This document shows positions 10,562 to 20,904 of a stretch of DNA of 64,000 nt, piece after piece (within the stretch, counting starts at the first letter, position 1; the number at the start of each line of letters is the position of its first letter). The notes below the pieces were generated by a model. The model saw nothing but the letters and a program-made list of their open reading frames with translations, had not been told where the DNA came from and searched no databases. The translations under genes and the position numbers were made by a program. The stretch spans positions 64,001-128,000 of the forward strand of contig CAVXWZ010000001.1 of NCBI GenBank assembly GCA_963765575.1, given 5' to 3'. Source of the DNA: an uncultured cyanobacterium. Its GTDB lineage: Bacteria; Cyanobacteriota; Cyanobacteriia; PCC-6307; Cyanobiaceae.

Positions 10562-12072
10562 TGGACTTGATCACCAGCCTGATCTTCCTCTCAAGCGGCT
10601 TGTTTCTGGGATGGTCACTTGGCGCTAATGACGCCTCGAATGTGTTCGGATCCGCGGTCGGTAGTCGCATGGTGCGGTTCTCAACCGCGGCATTCATCTG
10701 CAGCCTCTTTGTCATCATTGGTGCGGTGACCGCCGGGGCCGGAGCCTCCAACGGCCTTGGCGAGCTGGGTGCCGTGAATGCGATCGCTGGATCCTTCACC
10801 ACGGCCTTGGCAGCGGCGCTCACCGTGTTCTGGATGACCAAGGCCAGCCTGCCCGTCTCCACGACGCAGGCCGTGGTGGGGGCAATCATCGGCTGGAACT
10901 GGTTCAGTGGTTCGGTCACCGACCTGGGCCAGCTCAGCAAGATCGTGGGCACGTGGGTGATTTGCCCGATCATGGCAGGCCTGTTCTCAGCGGCCCTTTA
11001 CCCCTTGGTGGAGGGTGCCATCCGATGGAAGCATCCCCACCTGCTGCGGCTTGATTCACTCGTCAGGCTGGGGTTGATTCTGGCGGGTGTGTTTGGGGCC
11101 TACAGCCTGGGTGCCAACAACATCGGCAATGTGATGGGCGTGTTCGTGACATCATCACCCTTCTCTGATCTACAACTGGGTGGCTCAATCGAATTCACTG
11201 GCACTCAGCAACTCTTCCTGCTGGGCAGCATCGCCATCGCCGTAGGGGTCTACACCTATTCCAAGCGGGTGATGATGACGGTGGGCGGCAGTCTGATGAC
11301 GCTATCCCCGCTTGGTGCCTTTGTGGTGGTTGTGGCGAACTCCCTCGTGCTGTTCGTGTTCTCATCGAGTGAGCTCTCATCCTTCGTCGCCAGTCTTGGT
11401 CTGCCTCCCATCCCCCTCATTCCCGTGTCCAGCTCTCAGGCTGTCGTCGGGGCCGTGATTGGCATCGGCATGCTGAAAGGGGTCAAGGGAGCCAGGCAGA
11501 TCCAATGGCCTGTGTTGGGCCGTATTGCCTCCGGCTGGGTTACCACGCCGCTGGTGGCAGCCGTTGTCGGCTTCACGTTGCTGTTTGTGGTGCAGAACGT
11601 ATTCAATCAGCAGGTGTATGAGCCCCGCTGGTTCCAGCTCACCCCAGCGGTTGTGCGTGAGCTTGAGCGGCAGCAGGTGCCCATTGAGGGGCTGATGCCT
11701 CAGGATGCCCCGGTGGAATCGGCCCTGGGCTTCCGCAAGAGCCTGAGGGAAACGACGAAGCTGCCCCATGCCCAGGAGACGGTCGTGATCAACACGTCCG
11801 AACTCCAGCCCATCGCGATCACAGCGGAGAACCTGGCCAGCATGAAGGAGCAGCAGAATGCCAGAAAGCGCCTATCTCCAGAATTGCAGCAGGCCCTTCA
11901 GGCCCTGGAGGGAGAGCGCTTCCCATACCCATGGCAACTCGAGCAGGCACTGGAAGGGGCTGGAGCCAACCAGATCAGTGACCTGGAGCGCAGTTGGACG
12001 TTGAACCACTTCAGGGACAAGCCTCCAGCAGGTCCCGGGCAGACGCAACTCCCCCCAGTCAATCAGTCATAG
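10561..12072 (+). CDS. inorganic phosphate transporter, PiT family
   Basis: GANDASN and GANNIGN signatures, LPVSTTQAVVGA and PVSSSQAVVGA; ~150-aa soluble C-terminal extension. Confidence 0.92.
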   Translation: MDLITSLIFLSSGLFLGWSLGANDASNVFGSAVGSRMVRFSTAAFICSLFVIIGAVTAGAGASNGLGELGAVNAIAGSFTTALAAALTVFWMTKASLPVSTTQAVVGAIIGWNWFSGSVTDLGQLSKIVGTWVICPIMAGLFSAALYPLVEGAIRWKHPHLLRLDSLVRLGLILAGVFGAYSLGANNIGNVMGVFVTSSPFSDLQLGGSIEFTGTQQLFLLGSIAIAVGVYTYSKRVMMTVGGSLMTLSPLGAFVVVVANSLVLFVFSSSELSSFVASLGLPPIPLIPVSSSQAVVGAVIGIGMLKGVKGARQIQWPVLGRIASGWVTTPLVAAVVGFTLLFVVQNVFNQQVYEPRWFQLTPAVVRELERQQVPIEGLMPQDAPVESALGFRKSLRETTKLPHAQETVVINTSELQPIAITAENLASMKEQQNARKRLSPELQQALQALEGERFPYPWQLEQALEGAGANQISDLERSWTLNHFRDKPPAGPGQTQLPPVNQS

Positions 12073-12228
12073 GTCCCAGCAATTTGGAACCGTTAGGGCA
12101 GCCGTTCGCCTGACAGGGCGTGAGCATGGCATCTGTTCGACTGATTGGTCTGAGCTCAATCGGCCACAAGTGGCCGCCTCATTTCGGCCTGGTCACCCAC
12201 GTTGGCTTCTGCGGGCCGGCCAGGGGGC

Positions 12229-12633
12229 TCAGCGGGAGGTGGGCACCACCTCCATGCCGATCGGCGCCAGGGCGATCAGCGCCAGCTTGATGTGCTGGAT
12301 CCCGAAGGGAATGCCCACGATCGTCACGAAACAGGCCAGGGCCGAGCCCAGGTGGCCGATCGCCAGCCACCAGCCGGCCACCAGAAACCACACGATGTTG
12401 CCCACCAGGCCCAGCGGGCCGGTGCCGAAATCCATGTGCCCGCTGAGTTCCCGCCGGCTCACGGCCTCGTAGCCGAAGGGCCAGAAGGAGAAGTTGCCGA
12501 TCACGAAGCAGGCCCTGGCCCAGGGGATGCCCACGATCGTGATGGCGGCCACCAGCCCCGCCAGCCACCAGCCCAGGCCCATCACGAAGCCGCCCAGAAC
12601 AAACCAGAGAACGTTGAGCAGGAAGCGCAGCAT
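12229..12633 (-). CDS. yccF: YccF-domain inner membrane protein
   Basis: Duplicated NVLWFVLGG..ITIVGIP / NIVWFLVAG..VTIVGIPFG. Confidence 0.9.
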   Translation of the reverse strand: MLRFLLNVLWFVLGGFVMGLGWWLAGLVAAITIVGIPWARACFVIGNFSFWPFGYEAVSRRELSGHMDFGTGPLGLVGNIVWFLVAGWWLAIGHLGSALACFVTIVGIPFGIQHIKLALIALAPIGMEVVPTSR

Positions 12634-12661
12634 GGATCCGCTGGTGCTGCCACCAGCTTGC

Positions 12662-13915
12662 CTACCCCCCGCGCAGGGTGAGGGCGAACAGCAGCACGAA
12701 CACGCTGACCGCCACCAGGCCCAGCCGGGCCACCGCCAGCAGGCCTGGCCCCAGCCGGTCGGGCGGCGCCACCTGGCGGCCCTGGATCACCCTCAGGTTC
12801 ATCCAGGCCAGCACCGGCGTGGTCAGGAACGACACCACCATCGCCAGCTGCACCAGCGCGCCCATGGAGCCGGGCCAGAGGCCGAGCACGGCGGCGGCCA
12901 GGGCGAAGTGCAGCCCCATCCAGAGCTGGTGGTCGCGTCGGTTGTGCACCGCCGGGCCCGCAAAGCCCCGCAGCAGCCGCACCCCGGCCGAGGCGGCCCG
13001 CGGGTAGCCATCCAGGCAGGTGAGGCTGGTGCTGACCATCGTGGTGAAGGCCGCTGCGGCGATCAGCGGCTTGGCCCAGCTGCCCAGGCTGGCGGTGTAG
13101 AGGCCGATCAGTTGCTGCGCAAAGGCGCCGCCGGCCGGGGAAAAGCTGGTGCCGGTGCCGTGCATCACCCAGGCGCCCAGCAGCAGGAACAGCACGGCCA
13201 TCACCACCGTGACGCCGTAGCCGAGGTTGAAGTCGGCCTCCACCTCGGCGCGGCTGCCGCGGTGGCCGGAATCCTCCTGGCGGGCGTAGATCCACAGCGA
13301 CGACCAGGCCGCCAGATCGAGCGGGCACGGCATCCAGCCCATCAACGCCACCAGGAACGGCAGGGCGGCCGCGCTCCAGGGGCTGGGACTGAACCACTGG
13401 GGATCAATTGCCACCGGACCCTGGATCACCATGGCCCCCGTGGCCAGCACAGTGCTGCTCACCAGCACGGCCACGATCAGCTTGCTGAGCCGGTCCAGGC
13501 TGCGGTAGTGGCCGAGCCACAGCAGCAGCAGGCAGAGGCTGAGCAGCCCCAGGGCCAGCAGGTTCGGGGCGCCCGGCAGGAACGCGGTGGCCAGGCCGCC
13601 GCCCACGGCGGTGACCGCGGCGATGTTGGCCACCCCCGTGGCGAAGGTGATCAGCAGATACACCGGCAGATACCAGGGCCGCTGGCGCTGGTACCCCTCC
13701 AGCAGGCTCAGGCCGGTGGCCCCGGTGAAGCGGCTGCCCACCAGCAGAAACGGGTACTTGAACAGGTTGGCCAGCAGCACCAGGCCCACCAGGCCCAGGC
13801 CGTAGCGGGCGCCGGCCTGGGTGGCGGCCACCAGGTGGGAGCCGCCGATGGCGGCGCCGGCCAGCAGGATGCCGGGTCCGAGGGCCTGGCCCAGGCCCTC
13901 AGGCCACGGCCGCAA
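12662..13915 (-). CDS. Nramp-like divalent metal transporter
   Basis: [18 protein letters not shown], multiple TMs, GWMPCPLD; probable TTG start overlapping the hemL end. Confidence 0.8.
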   Translation of the reverse strand: MRPWPEGLGQALGPGILLAGAAIGGSHLVAATQAGARYGLGLVGLVLLANLFKYPFLLVGSRFTGATGLSLLEGYQRQRPWYLPVYLLITFATGVANIAAVTAVGGGLATAFLPGAPNLLALGLLSLCLLLLWLGHYRSLDRLSKLIVAVLVSSTVLATGAMVIQGPVAIDPQWFSPSPWSAAALPFLVALMGWMPCPLDLAAWSSLWIYARQEDSGHRGSRAEVEADFNLGYGVTVVMAVLFLLLGAWVMHGTGTSFSPAGGAFAQQLIGLYTASLGSWAKPLIAAAAFTTMVSTSLTCLDGYPRAASAGVRLLRGFAGPAVHNRRDHQLWMGLHFALAAAVLGLWPGSMGALVQLAMVVSFLTTPVLAWMNLRVIQGRQVAPPDRLGPGLLAVARLGLVAVSVFVLLFALTLRGG

Positions 13916-15215
13916 AGCTGGCGCGGAAGGCGGCGATGGTGGTGTCGATGTCCTGGTCGGAGTGGGCCAGGGAGGTGAAGCCGGCCTCGAAGGCACTGGG
14001 GGCCAGGTAAACGCCGTGCTCGAGCATGGCCCGGTGCAGTTTGCCGAAGCGGGCCGCGTCGGCGGCCTTGGCCTCCTCGAAGTTGCGCACCGGCCCATCG
14101 CAGAGGAAGAAGCCGAACATGGCGCTGATCGAGCCGCCGCAGATCGGCAGCCCTGCGGCCTTGGCGGCCTCGAGAATGCCCTCCATCAGGCGCTTGGTGG
14201 TGGCGTCCAGGCGCTCGTAGGTGCCGGGCCGCTGCAGCAGCTCCAGGGTCTTGATGCCGGCGGTCATGGCCAGGGGATTGCCGCTGAGGGTGCCCGCCTG
14301 GTACATCGGCCCGGCCGGGGCCACCATCGCCATGATCTCGGCCCGGCCGCCGTAGGCGCCCACAGGCAGGCCGCCGCCGATCACCTTGCCCATGGTGGTG
14401 AGGTCGGGGGTGACGCCGAACTTGGCCTGGGCACCGCCGTAGCTGATGCGGAAGCCGGTCATCACCTCGTCGAACACCAGCAGGGCGCCGTGTTCCTTGG
14501 TGACCTCGCGGATTCCCTCCAGAAAGCCCGGCACCGGCGTGATGAAGCCGGCATTGCCCACCACCGGCTCCAGGATCACCCCGGCGATCTCACCGGGGTT
14601 CTCGGCAAACAGCTGTTTGACGGCCTCGAGGTCGTTGTAGGGGGCGGTGAGGGTGCTGGCGGTGGTGCTGCGCGGCACCCCCGGTGAGTCGGGCAGCCCC
14701 AGGGTGGCCACCCCGGAGCCGGCCTTCACCAGGAACATGTCGGCGTGGCCGTGGTAGCAGCCCTCGAACTTGATGATCTTCTCCCTGCCGGTGAAGGCGC
14801 GCATCAGGCGCAGCACCGACATGCAGGCTTCGGTGCCGCTGTTCACGAAGCGCACCATCTCCACCGAGGGCACGGCGTCGATCACCAGCTGCGCCAGCCG
14901 GTTCTCCAGTTCGCAGGGGGCGCCGAAGCTGGTGCCGCGGTCGAGGGCCTCGTGCAGGGCGGCGATCACCTCGGGGTGGGAGTGGCCGCAGATCGCCGGC
15001 CCCCAGCTGCCCACGTAGTCGATGAAGCGGTTGCCGTCCACGTCCCAGGCGTAGGCGCCCTTCACCCGTTGGAACACGATCGGGTTGCCGCCCACCGAGC
15101 GGAAGGCGCGCACCGGTGAACTCACGCCCCCGGGCATCAGCTGCTGGGCGGCGCTGAAGAGCTCCTGGGATCGGGTCGTGTTCAAGGCGTGGGCCGAAAC
15201 GGGTGCCGAGGTCAA
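13899..15215 (-). CDS. hemL: glutamate-1-semialdehyde 2,1-aminomutase
   Basis: [47 protein letters not shown]. Confidence 0.97.
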   Translation of the reverse strand: MTSAPVSAHALNTTRSQELFSAAQQLMPGGVSSPVRAFRSVGGNPIVFQRVKGAYAWDVDGNRFIDYVGSWGPAICGHSHPEVIAALHEALDRGTSFGAPCELENRLAQLVIDAVPSVEMVRFVNSGTEACMSVLRLMRAFTGREKIIKFEGCYHGHADMFLVKAGSGVATLGLPDSPGVPRSTTASTLTAPYNDLEAVKQLFAENPGEIAGVILEPVVGNAGFITPVPGFLEGIREVTKEHGALLVFDEVMTGFRISYGGAQAKFGVTPDLTTMGKVIGGGLPVGAYGGRAEIMAMVAPAGPMYQAGTLSGNPLAMTAGIKTLELLQRPGTYERLDATTKRLMEGILEAAKAAGLPICGGSISAMFGFFLCDGPVRNFEEAKAADAARFGKLHRAMLEHGVYLAPSAFEAGFTSLAHSDQDIDTTIAAFRASFAAVA

Positions 15216-15407
15216 GGGATTCCGCTGGCGAAGGAAAACCGTTGCCCATCCTGACCCAGAACCGCCCGGGCCGCCGGGGCGACGGCAGATGGCCGTCACC
15301 AGCTCGCATCAGGGGGGCCAGCAACGCGGCGACCGGGGCGGCCCCGGGGCTGGCGGAGGGGCAGACTTGAGCCATGAGCGCACCCGCTGAACTGTGAGCG
15401 CAAACCC

Positions 15408-16880
15408 GTGAGTCACGACTGGGCGGCCCTGGAGCGCGGCCTCTGCCGGCTGCTGCCCCGCCGGGCGGTGGTGTCCGCTCGCCAGGAGCTGCTCGCCTAC
15501 GACTGCGACGGCCTCACCCTCACCCGTCACCAGCCGCCGCTGGTGGTGCTGCCGGAGACCACCGCCCAGGTGGCCGAGGTGTTGCGCTACTGCCACGAGC
15601 GGGGCGTCCCCTTCGTGGCCCGTGGCAGCGGCACCGGCCTCTCCGGCGGTGCGGTGGCCGAAACCGAGGCCCTGGTGATCGCCACCAGCCGCATGCGCAA
15701 GGTGCTGGAGCTCGATCTGGAGAACCGCCGGGTGGTGGTGCAGCCGGGCGTGATCAACAGCTGGGTCACCCGGGCGGTGGCCGGCGACGGCTTCTATTAC
15801 GCCCCCGATCCCTCCAGCCAGGTGGCCTGCAGCATCGGCGGCAACGTGGCCGAAAATTCCGGCGGCGTCCACTGCCTCAAGTACGGCGTCACCAGCAACC
15901 ACGTGCTGGCCCTGGAGGTGGTGCTGCCCGACGGCACCGTCACGACCCTGGGCAGTGGCCTGGACGAGTCCCCCGACCTCGACCTGCGCGGGGCCTTCAT
16001 CGGCTCGGAGGGCACCCTCGGCATCGCCACGGCCATCACCCTGCGGCTGCTGCGGGCCCCCCAGAGCGTGGCCGTGCTGTTGGCCGACTTCGAGTCGATG
16101 GCGGCGGCCGGTGAGGCGGTGCGGCTGGTGACCGCCGCCGGCGTGTTGCCGGCCGGGATGGAAATGATGGACCGGCTCACGATCGAGGCCGTGGACGACT
16201 ACCTCGGCCACGACGAATACCCCCGCGACGCCGAGGCGGTGCTGCTGATCGAGCTCGACGGCCAGCAGCGGGAGGTGGCGGCGGCGGCCGAGCTGGCCGC
16301 CGAGCTCTGCCGCCAGGCGGGGGCCCGCAGCCTGCGCCAGGCCTGGGATGAGGAGGAGCGGGCCCTGCTCTGGAAGGGCCGCAAGTCGGCGATCTCCGCC
16401 CTGGGCCGCCGCTTCCCCAACTACTACCTGCAGGACGGCGTGGTGCCGCGCAGCGCCCTGCCCCGGGTGCTGGAGGCGATCGATGGACTCAGCCGCAGCC
16501 ACGGTCTGCCCGTGGCCAACGTGTTCCACGCCGGCGACGGCAACCTGCACCCCCTGATCCTCTACCGCGATGGGGAGCCCGGCGTGCGCGAGCGGGTGCA
16601 GGATCTCGGTGCCGAAATTCTGCGGCTGTGCGTTCAGGCCGGCGGCAGCATCACCGGTGAGCACGGAGTGGGCAGCGACAAGCGCTGCTATCTGGCCTGG
16701 ATGTACGGCCCCGATGACCTGGCGACGATGCAGCTGCTGCGCAACGCCTTCGACCCCCTGCGGCGCGCCAACCCGGGCAAGCTCTTCCCCACCCCGCGCA
16801 GTTGCGCTGAATCGGCCCGGCGGGTGCAGGTGCTCAAGGCCGAGGGGGTGGAGCTGCCGGAGGAAGCGGTGGTGTTCTGA
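15408..16880 (+). CDS. glcD: glycolate oxidase FAD subunit
   Basis: ARGSGTGLSGG, PDPSSQ, ENSGGVHCLKYG, HAGDGNLHP, GEHGVG. Confidence 0.9.
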   Translation: MSHDWAALERGLCRLLPRRAVVSARQELLAYDCDGLTLTRHQPPLVVLPETTAQVAEVLRYCHERGVPFVARGSGTGLSGGAVAETEALVIATSRMRKVLELDLENRRVVVQPGVINSWVTRAVAGDGFYYAPDPSSQVACSIGGNVAENSGGVHCLKYGVTSNHVLALEVVLPDGTVTTLGSGLDESPDLDLRGAFIGSEGTLGIATAITLRLLRAPQSVAVLLADFESMAAAGEAVRLVTAAGVLPAGMEMMDRLTIEAVDDYLGHDEYPRDAEAVLLIELDGQQREVAAAAELAAELCRQAGARSLRQAWDEEERALLWKGRKSAISALGRRFPNYYLQDGVVPRSALPRVLEAIDGLSRSHGLPVANVFHAGDGNLHPLILYRDGEPGVRERVQDLGAEILRLCVQAGGSITGEHGVGSDKRCYLAWMYGPDDLATMQLLRNAFDPLRRANPGKLFPTPRSCAESARRVQVLKAEGVELPEEAVVF

Positions 16881-16887
16881 TTGGTGC

Positions 16888-18540
16888 TCACGGATACTCC
16901 TTGCGGAAGGCGTCGATGGCATCGGACAGCTTCTCAGAGGACGCTCCGCTGATCATGAAGAGCTTGAACTCTTCATCCTTGCCAAGATATTCGGCATAGG
17001 AAGACTTGAGATAGGGCTTGTAGGTGTCGTTCTGGCGTAAATAAACTTCAAAGAAGGGCAGGGCTATGGCCTTCATGTAGCCGCCGATCAGGCCCTGGCT
17101 GGGGAGCGTAATGTCCTTCATGGATTTGATTGCATCATTGATGCCTGGATCAATCTTGGTGAAATTCACATGGGCTTGGCCCTGAATGATCAGCCAGTAT
17201 TTGTCGGGCGCTGTCAGCCATGTGAACGACGCTGCCTGCTCAAGCGCAGGGGGAGTCGCCGGGTCGTAGCTGCCTGAGGCCATGATGATGGGCACATTGA
17301 TCTTGGCCAGCCCTTGTTGGCCAAAGATGCTGCGATTGACGGGATTTGCTGCGACAACTGCGGCCGTACGATCATCTTGTAGATTCGTGAGTTGGTCTGG
17401 GGGTAGGCGGAGGGCTTGGCATTGCAGCAAGAGAGCAATATTGATGGCGGCATAGGGGCGTACGCACTCCTCCTTGAGATAGGCCAGATCAACGGTGGCA
17501 CCACCAAGGGCCAGTGCTGTGTAGCCGCCGAAGGAATGGCCGGCGACGCCCACCTTTTCGAGGTCGAGCTTGCCATTGAACTCAGTAGGGTTGCGCCGCT
17601 CCAGTTCGTCGATGACGAAGCTGATATCCTTGGGCCGATTCGAGAAATCATTGATATCAAAAATATCGTTGTGCAATCCTCTGAGCATCTCCTGCAGCCA
17701 GATGGCATCACTGCCCGGGTGCTGCGGGGCGGCGACCAGATAGCCATGGGAGGCGAGCTGTCGCAGCACGTCGCTGGAATCCGCCGGACTCGAGGCCAGC
17801 CCATGGGAAAAGAGAATCACCGGGGTGCGTTCTGACGTTGTGCCCTGGGGGGTGTAGACATCGACGTAGAAAGAGCGGTCGCGGGTGCCGTCCGTCAGAT
17901 TCCAGACGTCTTTGTTGACACGATGCCGGCCCTGCAGGCGAGGATCCGCCAAGGCCGTGTAGTCGATTGCTGCCTGCTCCTTGGCTTCTGCTGCGGTGAG
18001 GTCGCGCATCACCGAGTCAAGGCGCTCCGTGGCGGCAATAACTCTCTTGGTGGCCTTCTCAGCAGCCAGCACTGTCTCGCCACGGACCTGAATGTTGGCG
18101 GGAAGCTGCTGGAAGACTGATAACAGGCTGAGCCCCTCAGGGGAGAACGATGCGTTGACCACGGCGGCTCGCAGTGCCGTCATGCCGTTGCCACCGCGCA
18201 GCAGGGTGATGGCTTTGCCAAGACGTTCAAGCACGTCTTCGCCGATATGGCTGTTGAAGAATCGAGAGACGATGAGGGGATTGACCTCCGTCTTGCTTGT
18301 CAGCACTTGCCGCAACAGCGGATACTGTTCGGGTTTGACGGCCGCAAGGAAAAAGGCCAGGTCATCTTCGATAGTTCCGTTGTCAGCGAATGTCTCCAGG
18401 GAGCTGATTTTCAGCGATCGAATCAGTGGCCCATAGGAGAAAGACAGTGTTTCGGTTGCCCTGGCGGGTTGGCAGAGCAGGCCCGACCCTGCCGCGAGCA
18501 TCAGGGACAGCCCCAGTGCGTTCCACCGCCGGCCCTTCAT
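16888..18540 (-). CDS. second DUF1400 alpha/beta hydrolase
   Basis: Same motifs as 1332-2999 (FSHGL, APQHPGSD, GHSFGG, SGSYD, GQAHVNF); lower GC than flanks. Confidence 0.9.
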   Translation of the reverse strand: MKGRRWNALGLSLMLAAGSGLLCQPARATETLSFSYGPLIRSLKISSLETFADNGTIEDDLAFFLAAVKPEQYPLLRQVLTSKTEVNPLIVSRFFNSHIGEDVLERLGKAITLLRGGNGMTALRAAVVNASFSPEGLSLLSVFQQLPANIQVRGETVLAAEKATKRVIAATERLDSVMRDLTAAEAKEQAAIDYTALADPRLQGRHRVNKDVWNLTDGTRDRSFYVDVYTPQGTTSERTPVILFSHGLASSPADSSDVLRQLASHGYLVAAPQHPGSDAIWLQEMLRGLHNDIFDINDFSNRPKDISFVIDELERRNPTEFNGKLDLEKVGVAGHSFGGYTALALGGATVDLAYLKEECVRPYAAINIALLLQCQALRLPPDQLTNLQDDRTAAVVAANPVNRSIFGQQGLAKINVPIIMASGSYDPATPPALEQAASFTWLTAPDKYWLIIQGQAHVNFTKIDPGINDAIKSMKDITLPSQGLIGGYMKAIALPFFEVYLRQNDTYKPYLKSSYAEYLGKDEEFKLFMISGASSEKLSDAIDAFRKEYP

Positions 18541-18755
18541 GCCCTGGGCCGCCTGCCACTGGCGTGACCTGGTCGTGTCACCCACCACCCGAGCGATGAC
18601 GTGAGGACGTGCCATGTCTGAGCTCTAAATGAGTAAGCTACGTGATGCTGCGTAGCGCCCACCATGCCCACGGGCTGGAAACTGAACGTGCGCGACCACT
18701 GACCCGACCACTGAGGCCCGGTGCTGTCTGCCCACACTGGTGCCGTCCGCCTTCT

Positions 18756-18803
18756 GTTGTCCTCGCCCTCAGTTGTCCTCGCCCTCAGTCGTTCTCGCCG
18801 TCC
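18756..18803. repeat. 16-bp tandem repeat (2 exact + 1 degenerate) at xth 3' end
   Basis: GTTGTCCTCGCCCTCA x2 then GTCGTTCTCGCCGTCC. Confidence 0.75.
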
Positions 18804-19606
18804 TCTTCGGGGGGCCAGGCCAGCTTCACCAGCACCGGCGCATGGTCGCTGGGCTGGAGGTTGCCGCGGGTGGCCTTGTGGATCACGCAGCCGGTGGCGC
18901 AGGCCAGCAGCTCTTCGCAGAGGTAGATGTGGTCGATCCGCCAGCCCCTGTCGCGATCCCAGGCGCCGCTGCGGTAGTCCCACCAACTCCAGTGGCCGGT
19001 GGCGGGCTCGAACACCCGGAACACATCGTGCAGGTGCTCCCCCAGCAGCTCCCGCAGGGCCTGGCGTTCCGCCGCGCTGGCCATGATGCCGCCGCTCTGG
19101 CGCCCAGGATCGGGCAGGTCGCGATCCTCCAGGCCGATGTTGAAGTCGCCCAGCATGCACAGGGGGTCGCCCTGCTGCAGCGCTCGCTCCAGATAGCGCC
19201 TCAGGCAGGCCAGCCACTCGAGCTTGTAGGCGTATTTCTCGCTGTTCACCGCACTGCCGTTGGGCACATAGAGGTTGAGCACCCGCACCCCCTCGACCAG
19301 GGCGCTGATCACCCGTCGCTGCTCGCTCAGCCGCCTGGCCACCGGATCGCCGGGGAGCAGGGCCTCGAGCCCGATCTGCACATCACTGAGGGGCAGGCGG
19401 CTGAGAATCGCCACGCCGTTGTAGGCCTTCTGGCCGCTGATGGCAGAGGCGTAGCCCAGGTCCGTGAAGGCTTCCCGGGGAAAACCCCCGTCCTCCACCT
19501 TGGTTTCCTGCAGGCAGAGCACCTCGGGTTGTTCGACCTCCAGCCAGGCCAGCACCTGGGGCAGGCGTGTGCGCACCGAATTCACGTTCCAGCTGGCGAT
19601 CCGCAT
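18785..19606 (-). CDS. xth: exodeoxyribonuclease III
   Basis: MRIASWNVNS, LQETK, GQKAYNGVA, GDFNI, GWRIDH, PSDHAPV. Confidence 0.96.
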   Translation of the reverse strand: MRIASWNVNSVRTRLPQVLAWLEVEQPEVLCLQETKVEDGGFPREAFTDLGYASAISGQKAYNGVAILSRLPLSDVQIGLEALLPGDPVARRLSEQRRVISALVEGVRVLNLYVPNGSAVNSEKYAYKLEWLACLRRYLERALQQGDPLCMLGDFNIGLEDRDLPDPGRQSGGIMASAAERQALRELLGEHLHDVFRVFEPATGHWSWWDYRSGAWDRDRGWRIDHIYLCEELLACATGCVIHKATRGNLQPSDHAPVLVKLAWPPEEDGEND

Positions 19607-19638
19607 CGAGCCACCCTGAGCGCCCTTAGCATGACTCC

Positions 19639-19995
19639 ATGCCGTTGAGAGGAACCCCGATGCCCACCGCATTCCGCAGGTTGCTTGGGCTGTCTGGTCT
19701 GGTGCTGGCCCCCCTGGCCGCCCCCCAGGCCCTGGCCCAGCAGGTCGGCTACGGCCAGACGATCAACTCCCCTCAGCAGCAGCGGCTGCTGGACGAGGGC
19801 AGTGGTTCGGGCGGGGACTCCAACATTCTCGATGCCGCCAACCCGATCGAGCTGATGAACCGCCTCCGGCGCGCCACGGCTCTCGATGACGCCACCCCGC
19901 CCGGAGACGCCGTGGATGCGGCCCTCAGGGACTTTGAGGCGGCTCCTCAGCCGGCACCGTCGACTCCGGGCTCGACGCTGATCCAGGCGCCCTGA
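19639..19995 (+). CDS. hypothetical secreted protein
   Basis: Signal peptide (ALA-Q), ILDAANPIELMNRLRRATALDDATPPGDAVDAAL. Confidence 0.7.
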   Translation: MPLRGTPMPTAFRRLLGLSGLVLAPLAAPQALAQQVGYGQTINSPQQQRLLDEGSGSGGDSNILDAANPIELMNRLRRATALDDATPPGDAVDAALRDFEAAPQPAPSTPGSTLIQAP

Positions 19996-20806
19996 GGGCC
20001 TCCAGGCCCCAGGCGGCCGCCAGGCGGTCGAGCCGTTCCTGCGCCTCGGGGTCGCTCTGACGGCTGCGGGCCTCAGCCAGCGTCTCCTGGGCCGTTGCCA
20101 GCTTCCCTTGGCTGTGTTGCAGCAGCGCCCGCGCCAGCAGGGGCCTGGCATCGGCCGGGAAAATTGTTGTCAGTCGGATCAGCTGGGCCTCCGCCGCGCC
20201 GGCCTGGCCCAACTGCTCATGCACATTGGCCAGCAGGAGTCCGATGGGCAGGGCTTCGGGCTTGAGCTGCGGGGCGATGGCGCGCTGCATCGCCGCCTCC
20301 AGCTGACCGCGGGCCTCCGCTCCACGGCCACTTTCGAGCTGCAGCAGCGCCATCAGCTGCAGGGCTTCCACCTGGTCCGGCCGCTGCCTGAGCAACTGGC
20401 GCAGTTCGCGCTCGGCGCCCTGCGGGTCGTCCTGATCCCGGCGCAGCTCCGCCAGCAGCAGTCGCAGGGACCAGCGCTCGGGGTCCTCATCGGCCAGCCG
20501 CTCCAGCAGTGCGGTGGCCTCCTCCTGGCGATCGAGCGCCACCAGCAGCTCCAGCAGCCGTTGCTCCTCATCGGCGCTGGCCTGCCCATCCTCCAGGCGT
20601 CGGCGCAGCTCCTTTGCCTGCTGCTCCAGGGCGGGCCTGGGGCCGCCAGCACCGGCGGCGAGCTGGCGCTGGCCCAGCCACCAGCCGGCCCCCAGGGAGA
20701 AGGCGGCCAGGGTTGCGGCCAGCAAGCCCAGCCCCAGGCCCCGCGGCAGCGGCACCCGCACCCCGGTGAATCGAGCCCCGGCGGATCGTTGGGGGGGACT
20801 GGGCAT
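19925..20806 (-). CDS. TPR-repeat protein with N-terminal membrane anchor
   Basis: Helical A/L-rich repeats ending in P (DPERW, RPDQVE, FPADAR). Confidence 0.8.
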   Translation of the reverse strand: MPSPPQRSAGARFTGVRVPLPRGLGLGLLAATLAAFSLGAGWWLGQRQLAAGAGGPRPALEQQAKELRRRLEDGQASADEEQRLLELLVALDRQEEATALLERLADEDPERWSLRLLLAELRRDQDDPQGAERELRQLLRQRPDQVEALQLMALLQLESGRGAEARGQLEAAMQRAIAPQLKPEALPIGLLLANVHEQLGQAGAAEAQLIRLTTIFPADARPLLARALLQHSQGKLATAQETLAEARSRQSDPEAQERLDRLAAAWGLEALRAPGSASSPESTVPAEEPPQSP

Positions 20807-20904
20807 CGGCGCGCTGGCGAGCCTGAGCGGCGTCTCAACGGGGAGTCTGGCCCCCACTGGTGCCCTGTCGCCTCAGCCGCAGCCAACCCCTTTACATTGG
20901 CGCC

